A stretch of 64,000 bases of DNA from NCBI GenBank assembly GCA_044222485.1, contig JBGAND010000020.1, positions 17,907-81,906 on the forward strand, in the 5' to 3' direction. The notes under the pieces are model-generated. The model made no database searches. It worked only from the letters and a program-made list of their open reading frames with translations, and was not told where the DNA came from. Below, in pieces: positions 47,827 to 56,718 of the stretch; the first letter of the stretch is position 1; each line of letters opens with the position of its first letter. The position numbers and the translations under genes are program-made. Origin of the DNA: Phycisphaerales bacterium. Its GTDB lineage: Bacteria; Planctomycetota; Phycisphaerae; Phycisphaerales; UBA1924.

Positions 47827-47834
47827 AGCGGGGC

Positions 47835-48527
47835 TTAGTCTTGGCGGCGGATCATCTTCTCGATGCCGCGGGGGGTGTCTACGAGGATCTCGTCGGCTTC
47901 ATCCAGGAAGATGCCGTGGTCGATGACTCCGGCGACATCGTTGAGTTCGCAGGCGAGTTCGGCGGGGTCGCGGTCTTCGAGTTGGACATCGATGATGAGG
48001 CTGCCGTTGTCGGTGAGGAAGAGGTGGCCGTCGAGCGTGCGGCGGACGACCCCGTGGAGGGCGATGTCACGCAGGCGAGCCCGGACGCTGGCCAGGCCGA
48101 AGGCCAGGACGGCGATGGATAGGGTGATGCGCTGGCCGAGGCGATCGACGAGCTTGGATTCGTCGACGATGTAGACGCGTTTGCCCGAGGCTCGGGCGAC
48201 CATGCGCTCGCGGACGATGGCGCCGCCGGCGCCCTTGATCATGCGCATCTGGGGATCGACTTCGTCCGCGCCGTCGAAGAGATAGTCGATGTGCTCGAGC
48301 ATGGCGAAGTCCACGAGCTCGAGTTGTTGGGAGCGGGCGAGGGTTTCGGTGGCGTGGCTGGTGGGCACGCACTTGATCTTGAGGTTTTCGTTGCGAACAC
48401 GTTCAGCGAGGGCCAGGACGCCGCGGGAGGCGGTCCTGCCGGTGCCAAGGCCGACGATCATCCCTGACTGGATTTCGGCGACGGCCGCCTCGGCCAACGC
48501 GTCCGCAACTTTCGGCTCGCTACTCAA
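47835..48527 (-). CDS. rpiA: ribose-5-phosphate isomerase A
   Basis: GMIVGLGTGRTAS, FDGADEVD, KGAGGAIVRE. I propose a TTG start at 48527 (LSSEPKVADALAEAAVAEIQSG), overlapping the upstream ALDH stop by 8 nt. The only in-frame ATG downstream of the ALDH stop (MIVGLGTG) would remove the conserved N-terminus, and the track's own start at 48674 lies inside the ALDH gene. Confidence 0.85.
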   Translation of the reverse strand: MSSEPKVADALAEAAVAEIQSGMIVGLGTGRTASRGVLALAERVRNENLKIKCVPTSHATETLARSQQLELVDFAMLEHIDYLFDGADEVDPQMRMIKGAGGAIVRERMVARASGKRVYIVDESKLVDRLGQRITLSIAVLAFGLASVRARLRDIALHGVVRRTLDGHLFLTDNGSLIIDVQLEDRDPAELACELNDVAGVIDHGIFLDEADEILVDTPRGIEKMIRRQD

Positions 48528-50034
48528 AGCGGATCCCCTGTGCAAGCTTGAACTCTCTTCCGTAATTGATCGTGCACGACTGACGCCGCATGTACGCCTT
48601 CCAGGAGTCGCTGCCCGACTCGCGGCCGCCCCCTGTATCTTTCTCACCTCCGAAGGCTCCGCCAATCTCGGCACCGGAGGTTCCCAGATTTACGTAGGCC
48701 AGGCCGCAATCGCTGCCGGCGGGGCTGATGAACTTCTGACCTTCGCGGAGGTCGTTGGTGAAGATGGCAGAGGCTAGGCCTTGATCAACGCCGTTGTGCA
48801 TGGCGAGGGCTTGATCGAGGGTTTTGTAGGTGAAGATGTAGAGGATGGGGGCGAAGGTTTCTTCGGAGGCGATTGGAAGGGTGTTGTTCGCAGGGGCGCG
48901 GATGATGGTGGGCTGGACGTAGTGGCCCTTGCCGGCGCCTTGGTGGCGGTCGCCACCGACGAGGACCTTGCCGCCTTGTTGCTTGGCGGTGGCGATGGCG
49001 CCGAGGAAGCCTTCGACGGCGCGGGCGTTGATGAGCGGGCCGACGAGGGTGCCCTCGGCGAGGGGGTCGCCGATGCGGACGGTCTTGTAAGCCGCGACGA
49101 GCTTGGTGATGAAGGCATCCGCGATGGACTCGTGGATGATGAGGCGGCGGGTGGTGGTGCAGCGCTGGCCGGCGGTGCCGACGGCGCCGAAGACGACGCT
49201 CTTCAAGGCCAGATCGAGGTCGGCGGATTCGGAGACGATCAAGCCGTTGTTGCCGCCGAGTTCGAGGAGTGCGCGGCCGAGGCGCTCGGCGACGACCTGT
49301 CCGACGGCGCGGCCCATGCGGCAGGAGCCGGTGGCGGAGATCAGGGGGATGCGGCGGTCGGCGACGAGTTTCTTTCCGATGACGTCATCGTTTCCGATGA
49401 GGAGGCGGAAGATGCCGGGGTGGCCCATGGAGGCCGCGACCTTCTCGCAGATGTCGTTGGTGGCGATGGCCGTGAGGGGGGCCATGAGGCTGGGCTTCCA
49501 GATCGTCACATCGCCGCACACCGCGGCCAACATGGCGTTCCAGCCCCAGACGGCGTTGGGGAAGTTGAAGGCGGTGATGACGCCGACCAGGCCGAGCGGG
49601 TGCCAGTTTTCATACATGGCGTGGTCGGGGCGTTCGCTGGAGAGGACAGGGCCGCCGAGGTTGCGGGAGAGGCCGACGGCGTAGTCGGCGATGTCGATGG
49701 TTTCCTGGACTTCGCCGAGGCCTTCGGCACGGATCTTGCCGACTTCGAGGGAGACCAGCTCGCCCAGGGCTTCTTTGTTTTTGCGGAGTTCATCGCCGAT
49801 GGCGCGGACGACTTGGCCGCGGACCGGGGCGGGGACCAGGCGCCATTTCTTGAAGGTTTCGGCGGCTTCGGAGATGGTTTTTTCGTAGGCCGCGGCATCG
49901 TCGAGGCGGATGCCGGCGATGGGTTCGCCGGTGGCGGGGTTTTCGCTGATGGCGAGGTTGGCGTCGGCAGCGCGGGCGCTGAGGATGACGCGTGGGTGCT
50001 TGGTGAGTCCGGCTCTCTCGAGGATTCCCTGCAT
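48520..50034 (-). CDS. aldehyde dehydrogenase, ALDH7/piperideine-6-carboxylate (alpha-aminoadipic semialdehyde) dehydrogenase-like
   Basis: ATG 50034 gives MQGILERAG. LELGGNN, catalytic GTAGQRCTT, and the tail GAFGGEKDTGGGRESGSDSWKAYMRRQSCTINY are characteristic of the ALDH7 group. Confidence 0.85.
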   Translation of the reverse strand: MQGILERAGLTKHPRVILSARAADANLAISENPATGEPIAGIRLDDAAAYEKTISEAAETFKKWRLVPAPVRGQVVRAIGDELRKNKEALGELVSLEVGKIRAEGLGEVQETIDIADYAVGLSRNLGGPVLSSERPDHAMYENWHPLGLVGVITAFNFPNAVWGWNAMLAAVCGDVTIWKPSLMAPLTAIATNDICEKVAASMGHPGIFRLLIGNDDVIGKKLVADRRIPLISATGSCRMGRAVGQVVAERLGRALLELGGNNGLIVSESADLDLALKSVVFGAVGTAGQRCTTTRRLIIHESIADAFITKLVAAYKTVRIGDPLAEGTLVGPLINARAVEGFLGAIATAKQQGGKVLVGGDRHQGAGKGHYVQPTIIRAPANNTLPIASEETFAPILYIFTYKTLDQALAMHNGVDQGLASAIFTNDLREGQKFISPAGSDCGLAYVNLGTSGAEIGGAFGGEKDTGGGRESGSDSWKAYMRRQSCTINYGREFKLAQGIRFE

Positions 50035-50141
50035 AGAGAGAACTCTAGCGCGGCACGAGAACCAAAGGCACACTGGCCATGCGGAGCATGACCAGAGCCA
50101 CCAAAGCGGAAGCGATGGATCGATTGACTCCCTCCCCCCAA

Positions 50142-50162
50142 CCCCCTCCCTCAGGGAGGGGG
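50142..50162 (-). terminator. GC-rich 9-bp hairpin downstream of the TolC-like gene (possible terminator without U-tract)
   Basis: CCCCCTCCC-TCA-GGGAGGGGG, 14 nt after the stop at 50176. No T-run follows on either strand. Confidence 0.3.
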
Positions 50163-50175
50163 AGCGGGAAGCGAA

Positions 50176-52098
50176 TTACTTGGTGGGTTTCTTTTCGCGC
50201 TCGCCGCCGAAGATGGGGAGGGTCTTGGGGCCGACGGGGGCGGTGTTGGGGATCGGGGCATCCTTAGGGACGACCTTGCCATCGGGTGGGTTGTCGAGGC
50301 CGCCTTGGTTCAGGGGGTCATCGGCGTCGGGGATTTTGAAGTCGATCTTGTTGTGTTCGAGGGCGGTGCCCATGGCCGCATAAAGCTGAGCGAGGGCGAT
50401 GTTGTATTCGACGAGGGCCTGGATTTCGAGTTGCTCGGCCTGGGAGAGGGCTTCTTGGCGGCGGAGCTTGAGGTCCAGGGACTGGGCATCCATGCCGCGA
50501 TTGATTTCCATTTCGACTTCGAGAGAGCGGAGGTTTTCGGCCGCGGCGTAGCGGCCGACGCGGCGCTGTTCGATGAGACGGTAGTTGGTGACGACGGAGC
50601 GGAGGGCGCGCTTGCACTCGAGGACGACGTTCTGGACGGTGTTGCGGTAGGCGATGGTGGCCTGCATGCGTTCGAGGCGGCGCTGGCGGTATTGGGCTTC
50701 GGCGGGGCGGTTGCCGATCGGGATCTCGAACTGGAGGCCGACGAGGTAGTCGATGAAGCGGCCGTCTAAGGTTTGGTCGTAGGCGGCGGTGTAGTCATCT
50801 TCGAGGCCGGAGAACTTGGTTTGAAGTCGGAGGTCGAGCTTGGGGAGGCGGGCGTTGTCGGCGACCTGCTGGCGGATGGAAGTGTTGTCGATGGAGAGGA
50901 TGGCCTGCTGGACCTCGGAGCGGTTGCGGACGGCGGCCAGGAGGACATCGAGCAGGCTGAAGGTAATGGGGGCGTCCAGAGCGTCATCAACGGGGACCAG
51001 GAGGGTTTCATCGCCGATGGGGTGATCGGGGTCGTTGACGAGGATCTTGAGGGCATCGCTGGCGGCGCGGAAAGTGTTCTGGCCCTGGATGACATCGCCG
51101 CGGCGGCTGGCGACGTTGGCCTTGGCGTCGGCAATCTGGGCGGGATTGGCGTCGAGACCTTCGCGGGCGTTGACCTGCTGGCTGGTTTTGACGCCGCGCT
51201 CGTAGAGACGCTGGACGATGAGGAGGTTGCGCTGGGCCTGGACGAGCTGCCAGTAGGCTTTTTCGGTGTCGGAGACGGTTTTGATGAGGTTGGTCTTGAG
51301 CTGGCAGACCTGATCGCGTTCGGAGTTTTTATTGAGGCGGACCTGGGCGAGGGTGACGTCGGAACCGAAGCCGCGGAGGAGGGGTTGTTCGAGGCGGAGG
51401 ATCCAGCCGACTTCCTTGGTGGGGTCGGGGATGTTGGAAGCGGTGGGGGTGTCGATGGCGGTGTAGGTGACGTCGTGCTGGAAGGTGACGGCGCCGCCGG
51501 AAGTGAGGGCACGCTTAAGGCCGGTGGAGTTGGTGATGACCTGGCGGTTGTCGGTGGGGAGGCCGAAGGTGGAGAAGCCTTGGCGGGAGAGGGCCCGGGG
51601 CTCATCCACGTTGTTCCACTCGGAGTTGTTGAAGAAGACGGTGTCGAAGGTGCCTTGGGCGGCGACGACCTGCGATTCGGAGATGGCCGGGGCGAGGCGT
51701 GCGAACTGGACCTGGAGGTTGTTGACGGCGGCGGTGCGGATGGCGCGTTCGAGGGTGATGGGGGCGAAGGCCTGGGGCTGGCCCAGGAGGTCCAGGTCCA
51801 TGGGAAAGGTGTTTTTGTCGTAGGAGGCGGGGCCGGCGATTCCTTCAAGCTGGGGGAGTAGTTCGGGCTTGAGCTTGAGTTGTTCCAAGCCGTTTTCGCG
51901 TTCGGTGGTGCGGATGGCGGGGAACTTTTGGGCTTGGGCGGTTTCGCGGCGCACGGAATCGAGGACGGACCGTTTGAGGTCGCGTTCTGTCTGGATGGCG
52001 AGGGGGGAGGAGCAGCCGGAGAGGGCCGCGGCCAGCAGGAGACAACCGACAGGCCCCGCGAAGTAATGAAGGGCCGTTGGTCGGGAGGGGTCTGGCAT
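50176..52098 (-). CDS. TolC-family outer membrane efflux lipoprotein
   Basis: ATG 52098 gives MPDPSRPTALHYFAGPVGCLLLAAALSGCSS (a lipobox). Two long helical repeats have the typical OEP pattern (AQLNVARAEV-like; LEIQALVEYNIALAQLYAAMG). No adjacent MFP or pump gene. Confidence 0.8.
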   Translation of the reverse strand: MPDPSRPTALHYFAGPVGCLLLAAALSGCSSPLAIQTERDLKRSVLDSVRRETAQAQKFPAIRTTERENGLEQLKLKPELLPQLEGIAGPASYDKNTFPMDLDLLGQPQAFAPITLERAIRTAAVNNLQVQFARLAPAISESQVVAAQGTFDTVFFNNSEWNNVDEPRALSRQGFSTFGLPTDNRQVITNSTGLKRALTSGGAVTFQHDVTYTAIDTPTASNIPDPTKEVGWILRLEQPLLRGFGSDVTLAQVRLNKNSERDQVCQLKTNLIKTVSDTEKAYWQLVQAQRNLLIVQRLYERGVKTSQQVNAREGLDANPAQIADAKANVASRRGDVIQGQNTFRAASDALKILVNDPDHPIGDETLLVPVDDALDAPITFSLLDVLLAAVRNRSEVQQAILSIDNTSIRQQVADNARLPKLDLRLQTKFSGLEDDYTAAYDQTLDGRFIDYLVGLQFEIPIGNRPAEAQYRQRRLERMQATIAYRNTVQNVVLECKRALRSVVTNYRLIEQRRVGRYAAAENLRSLEVEMEINRGMDAQSLDLKLRRQEALSQAEQLEIQALVEYNIALAQLYAAMGTALEHNKIDFKIPDADDPLNQGGLDNPPDGKVVPKDAPIPNTAPVGPKTLPIFGGEREKKPTK

Positions 52099-52342
52099 GG
52101 GCGGGTAGAAGGTACACCTGAGGGGAGGCGGGGTCAAAGCGGGGCGGGGTGACAAGGAGGGGGTGCGGGCCGCGACGGACCGACGCCGATGCACTACACT
52201 TGTCCCCACTTGCGGGTCGAAGGGGCACCACAGGGAGGTGGGAGCCCGAGCCGGTCGATGCGCAAGAATGATCGGGAACAGCCGGGGAAGCGTTGCCGTC
52301 AAGGGTTGCGCGAATGCATGGATGCAACGAAGGAGTATTGTC

Positions 52343-53743
52343 ATGACCGTCGCGTCGCTTCGTGATTCGGCAGTGGGTGCGGTTCTGAAAGTCTTGTGTG
52401 CGATGCTGCTGGTGGTCCCGGTGGCCCGGGCACAGGTGCAGCCAGTCACGGCCTACTTCGCGGTTGTCTCAGCGGATGAGGCACCACTTCGTAGCGGCGA
52501 GGGAGACCTTCTCTATCCCGTCGCCAAGCTGGCGAAGGGTACGCTGCTCAGGGTCGATGGGCAGGGCAAGGGGTATCTGCGGGTGGCCTACCCGGCGGGG
52601 ACCTCGTGCTTTGTGCCGGCGGACTCGGTGCAGGTGGATGGCAAGTCGGCAACGATTACCAAGGCGACGCGGCTGAAGGCTCTCAACATGACCACTGGCT
52701 TCAAGGGAAGCTGGAAGGATGTCTTGGAGCAGCCCCTGAACCCCGGGGCGAAGTTGACGTTGGCCGAAGCGGAGCCGGTGAACGATGGGCGCGGGAACGC
52801 GGCGTATCGCGTGGTGCCGATCGAGCAGGCCCGGGCGTACGTCCAGGAGAGCGCGGTCGTTAAGGCGACGCAGGAGCAGATCAACGACTACATGGCGAAG
52901 GCGCCATCCAAGGCGGGTGACAAGCCAGAGACACAAGCAACCAAGCCGCCGGAGAAGCCCAAGACGGGTGACAAGCCAGCCACGGAGAAGCCCGCGGATG
53001 ACGGAACGAACATCGCGCAGCCCAAGGTGACCCCGAAGGAGGGCGACAAGCCGGCGGAGACCACTCAGGCGAACAAGCCCGAGGTGAAGCAGCCGGAGGC
53101 TCCCAAGAATCCTTACGAGAAGCTGGAGTTGGCGTTTGATTCGGTTCGCAAGCAGCCGGTGGAAAGCGCGGAGTTCACAGCGCTGATGGGAGAGTTCCAG
53201 GCCGCGATCGATGGGTTGAAGGATGAGCCACTGAATGCGTCGGCCAAGCGTCGGCTGACGCAGCGGCGGGACTATCTGAAGTTGCAGATCGATATCCAGG
53301 CCAAGCAGCGGGAGATCGCCGAGGCCGCGCAGAATCTCAATGTTGATGAGCAGAAGCTGGCCGCGCGGATGAAGGATGTCGAGAAGACGCGGCAATACAC
53401 GATTGTGGGGCGGCTCTCGGCGAGCACGATTTATGATGGCAAGCGGTTGCCGCTGATGTTCCGGATCATGGCGATCGGCGGCCAGTCGTCGCGGACGCTG
53501 GCGTACCTGAAGCCTGACGAGAAGATGAAAGTTGAGAACAAGCTTGGGCAGGTGGTGGGGATCGTGGGCGAGTCGCGCCTGGACCCGACGCTCAAGAGCA
53601 ACGTGATCACGCCGATTCGGGTGGACACGCTGGAGGCGGCCCCTGCGACGCCGCCGACACCCGCGCCGGCTCCGGCTACGGAGCCCGCGCCTCCTGAGAC
53701 CAAGCCGTCGGCCGAAGTGCCCGCGACAGGGCCGGGACGCTGA
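52343..53743 (+). CDS. secreted protein with SH3-like N- and C-terminal domains, a Lys/Pro/Glu-rich linker and a coiled coil
   Basis: AAGGAG at 52330-52335 precedes ATG 52343. Signal peptide MTVASLRDSAVGAVLKVLCAMLLVVPVARAQ. It has a low-complexity region KPETQATKPPEKPKTGDKPATEKP. Confidence 0.65.
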   Translation: MTVASLRDSAVGAVLKVLCAMLLVVPVARAQVQPVTAYFAVVSADEAPLRSGEGDLLYPVAKLAKGTLLRVDGQGKGYLRVAYPAGTSCFVPADSVQVDGKSATITKATRLKALNMTTGFKGSWKDVLEQPLNPGAKLTLAEAEPVNDGRGNAAYRVVPIEQARAYVQESAVVKATQEQINDYMAKAPSKAGDKPETQATKPPEKPKTGDKPATEKPADDGTNIAQPKVTPKEGDKPAETTQANKPEVKQPEAPKNPYEKLELAFDSVRKQPVESAEFTALMGEFQAAIDGLKDEPLNASAKRRLTQRRDYLKLQIDIQAKQREIAEAAQNLNVDEQKLAARMKDVEKTRQYTIVGRLSASTIYDGKRLPLMFRIMAIGGQSSRTLAYLKPDEKMKVENKLGQVVGIVGESRLDPTLKSNVITPIRVDTLEAAPATPPTPAPAPATEPAPPETKPSAEVPATGPGR

Positions 53744-53765
53744 TCAGGATTGAGTGAAGTTCAAG

Positions 53766-53800
53766 CGGCCCACCTTTCTGGGGTGGGTCGCTGTGTTTTT
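53766..53800 (+). terminator. intrinsic terminator
   Basis: Stem CGGCCCACC / GGTGGGTCG with a 7-nt loop, followed by CTGTGTTTTT, 23 nt after the stop at 53743. Confidence 0.7.
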
Positions 53801-53889
53801 GGGGTTGATTGGGGGATTGGCGGGGGCGGCGCGGGCGGTGGCGCGGTATCGTCATCTTGAGGCCGCGGGTGTGGCCGGGAGGCGTGTGC

Positions 53890-56718
53890 ATGCGCTTGAG
53901 CGGAACGGTTGTGGCGTGGTTGGCGGTGATGGCGGGGGGCTGTGGGCCATCGAGCGAGCCCAGCGCGAAGAAGGCGCCGGCCGCAAGTGCGCCGGCGGTG
54001 GCTGCTGCCAAACCCGAGGGTGAGCAGGTCAAGCCGGAGGAGGATGCCAAGGCGGTGCCTGCGGGGCCGAAGGGGTGGTTGGCGGTGTATTCGACCCCGG
54101 AGGGGGCCGATGGTCAGTCGATCCGTACCTGGAGCCCCGGCGCGGCGTTCATGCTGAGTGAGGGGCAGACGATTCATCCGGCGGTGCCCGCGTCGGGATT
54201 GGTTGCGTCGTACACGGGGGATGTGGAGATTGAGCAGCCGGGGCGGTATCGGTTCAGCGCGCAGATGCAGGGTGGGGTGGCGACGCTGGCGGTGACCAAG
54301 GGTGGGGCGTCGGTGGGGCAGGGGGCGTTGACGTCGGACCAGAGCATGGTCCGGACGGCGTGGTTGAGCCTGGGTGCGGGCCCGGTGCAGTTGTCGGTGA
54401 GCATGTCGCGGAACGGGTCGGGAGCGACGCGGCTGAGAACGATGTGGGAGAAAGAGGGGGTGGGCGAAGCCGGATTTCGAGAGGAGCCGCTGCCGCCGAG
54501 CGCGGTGAGGGTGGTGAAGTACGGGATCAAGGATGCGGAGACGGGGCAGAGTTCGCTGCGCGGGCGGGTGCTGCTGGGAGAGCTCAACTGCGTGGCGTGT
54601 CATAGTGCGGATGCGGGGTCGGTGACGCCGCGGCCTGCGCCGCTGATGGGGGAGATTGCACGCCGGGCATCTGCGGAGTGGTTGACCAAGTGGGTGCGGG
54701 ACCCGCAAGGCATGAAGCCTGGGTGCGGGATGCCGACGGTGTTTGCGGATGAGGACAAGGATCAGGTTGACGCAATTGTGCACTACCTGATGAGCCTGGG
54801 AAGCACGCCGGAGTGGCAAGCGCCGGCGACGGAGGCGGACGGGCTGGAACAGGGCAAGAAGCTGTATCACACGCTGGGGTGTGTGGCGTGCCATGGGGTG
54901 CTGGACAACCCGGCGAAGATTTTCGGCGATGCGGGCGCGCCGGCGACGGCTGCGGCGACGATTTCGACGCCGAGTGCGCCGTTTGGGAAGATGTCTAAGA
55001 AGTGGAGGGCCGCGGGGCTTTCGGAGTTCTTGAAGGACCCGTTGCGGACGCACCCGGGCGGGCGGATGCCATCGATGGCACTGACCGCGCTGGAGGCTGA
55101 CTTGGTCGCGACGTACTTGGTGAACAACTGGGATGCGGGCGGGTTCAAGCCGGCGGAGTTCAAGTCGGACCCGGCAAAGGTGGAGATCGGGAAGGCGGCG
55201 TTTGCCAGCCGCGGGTGTGCGTCGTGCCATCAGACGGGGCATCAGTTGCCGGATGTGGCTTCGACGCTGACGGCAAAGCCGTTGAACGAGTTGAAGGTGG
55301 GTGCGGGGTGCATGGATCCGGCGAGTACGACGACGCCGCGGTACACGCTGAGTGATGGGGATCGAGCGGACTTGGCGGCGGGGATGGCGGAGGTGAAGCG
55401 AGTCACGGGTCCGGCGGGGCCGGCGCCGATTGATGTGGGGCAGCGGACGATTCTGGCGTTGTCGTGTCGGAACTGTCATCAGTACAACGAGACGGGCGGG
55501 TTGCCGGATGATTTGAAGACGTGTTTCCGCACGGCGGATGAGACGGAGCTTGGGGATGAGGGGCGTTTTCCGCCGCGGCTTACGGGTGTGGGGATGAAGC
55601 TCAACACGCCGTGGATCAAGCAGGTGTTGACGGAGGCGGCGCGTGCGCGGCCGTATATGGCGACGCGGATGCCGCAGTTTGGGAGCAAGATTGTCGGTGA
55701 GCTGCCAGCTGCGCTGGCTCAGACGGATGGAGTTGCGCCCGATAGCGACTTGCACGCGGCTCCCGTGAACGACACGCAGGTGGTGGCGGGGCGGACGTTG
55801 GTGGGCGAGAAGGGGATGAACTGCATTTCGTGCCATGTGTTTGGCGGCAAGGCGGCGGGGACGCGCGGACCCGAGATCACGAAGTTTGCCGAGCGGATTC
55901 GGTATGAGTGGTGGCGGGTGTACCTGATGGCGCCGGGGCGGTTCAAACCGGGGACGCGCATGTCGGCGTTTTATGCGACGCCGGATGGGAAGGGGAGCGT
56001 GAAGGATGTGCTGGGTGGGGACCCGGATCGGCAGAGTGAGGCGCTGTGGTCGTACTTCGTCACCAGCAATGGTGCGATGCCGCCGGAGGGGTTGCCGAGT
56101 GCGGGTGGATTGCCGCTGGTGGTGGGGGACAGGCCGGTGGTGTTCCGGACGTTCTTGAAGGATGCGGGGAGCCGCGGCATTGCGGTGGGGTATCCGATTG
56201 GGGTTCACTTTGGATTTGACGCGACGGGTGTGAGGCTCGTGAGCGCGTGGAAGGGCGAGTTCATTGATGCGACCAACGTTTGGAAGGGGCGCGGCGGGAG
56301 CGAGGCAACGGGGCAGGGGGCGACGATCTGGAAGGCGCCGGCGGGGCCGTCACTGGTGATCGGCGTGAAGCCCGCGGCCTGGCCGGAGAAGGCGACGCGG
56401 GAGGCGGGGTACCGGTTCCAAGGGTATCGACTGGATAACAAGGGGATGCCGACGTTCCTTTACAAGGTGGGAACATCGGATGTGGAGGAGCGGTTTGAGC
56501 CGGGCGAGAACGGGCAGATCAAGAGGACGTTCACGATCGCGAATGTTCCGACGGGCGCGATCGTGTGGTTCAACGCTGGGCCGGGATTGGTGAGCAGCAC
56601 GGTGCTGGCGAATATTTCGGAGGACCGGGCCGCGGGAGATGGGAAAGTGAAGCTGGAGGCGTACACGCCTAAGGATGCGAGCCAGCCGGTGTCGTTTTCT
56701 GTGGTGATCAAGCCATGA
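53890..56718 (+). CDS. multi-domain c-type cytochrome lipoprotein (five CxxCH) with PA14-like N-terminal domain
   Basis: ATG 53890 gives MRLSGTVVAWLAVMAGGCG (a lipobox). CxxCH motifs are CVACH (twice), CASCH, CRNCH and CISCH. The N-terminal block YTGDVEIEQPGRYRFSAQMQGGVATLAV is PA14-like. Confidence 0.8.
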   Translation: MRLSGTVVAWLAVMAGGCGPSSEPSAKKAPAASAPAVAAAKPEGEQVKPEEDAKAVPAGPKGWLAVYSTPEGADGQSIRTWSPGAAFMLSEGQTIHPAVPASGLVASYTGDVEIEQPGRYRFSAQMQGGVATLAVTKGGASVGQGALTSDQSMVRTAWLSLGAGPVQLSVSMSRNGSGATRLRTMWEKEGVGEAGFREEPLPPSAVRVVKYGIKDAETGQSSLRGRVLLGELNCVACHSADAGSVTPRPAPLMGEIARRASAEWLTKWVRDPQGMKPGCGMPTVFADEDKDQVDAIVHYLMSLGSTPEWQAPATEADGLEQGKKLYHTLGCVACHGVLDNPAKIFGDAGAPATAAATISTPSAPFGKMSKKWRAAGLSEFLKDPLRTHPGGRMPSMALTALEADLVATYLVNNWDAGGFKPAEFKSDPAKVEIGKAAFASRGCASCHQTGHQLPDVASTLTAKPLNELKVGAGCMDPASTTTPRYTLSDGDRADLAAGMAEVKRVTGPAGPAPIDVGQRTILALSCRNCHQYNETGGLPDDLKTCFRTADETELGDEGRFPPRLTGVGMKLNTPWIKQVLTEAARARPYMATRMPQFGSKIVGELPAALAQTDGVAPDSDLHAAPVNDTQVVAGRTLVGEKGMNCISCHVFGGKAAGTRGPEITKFAERIRYEWWRVYLMAPGRFKPGTRMSAFYATPDGKGSVKDVLGGDPDRQSEALWSYFVTSNGAMPPEGLPSAGGLPLVVGDRPVVFRTFLKDAGSRGIAVGYPIGVHFGFDATGVRLVSAWKGEFIDATNVWKGRGGSEATGQGATIWKAPAGPSLVIGVKPAAWPEKATREAGYRFQGYRLDNKGMPTFLYKVGTSDVEERFEPGENGQIKRTFTIANVPTGAIVWFNAGPGLVSSTVLANISEDRAAGDGKVKLEAYTPKDASQPVSFSVVIKP

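Noticed and set aside
50142-50162. The hairpin downstream of the TolC-like gene considered as a firm intrinsic terminator.
   Set aside because: It is kept only as a low-confidence feature because no U-tract follows on either strand.
53761-56208. 815-aa minus-strand ORF opposite the multihaem cytochrome gene.
   Set aside because: It is an Arg/Pro/His-rich shadow frame. The plus-strand product has a lipobox and five CxxCH motifs.
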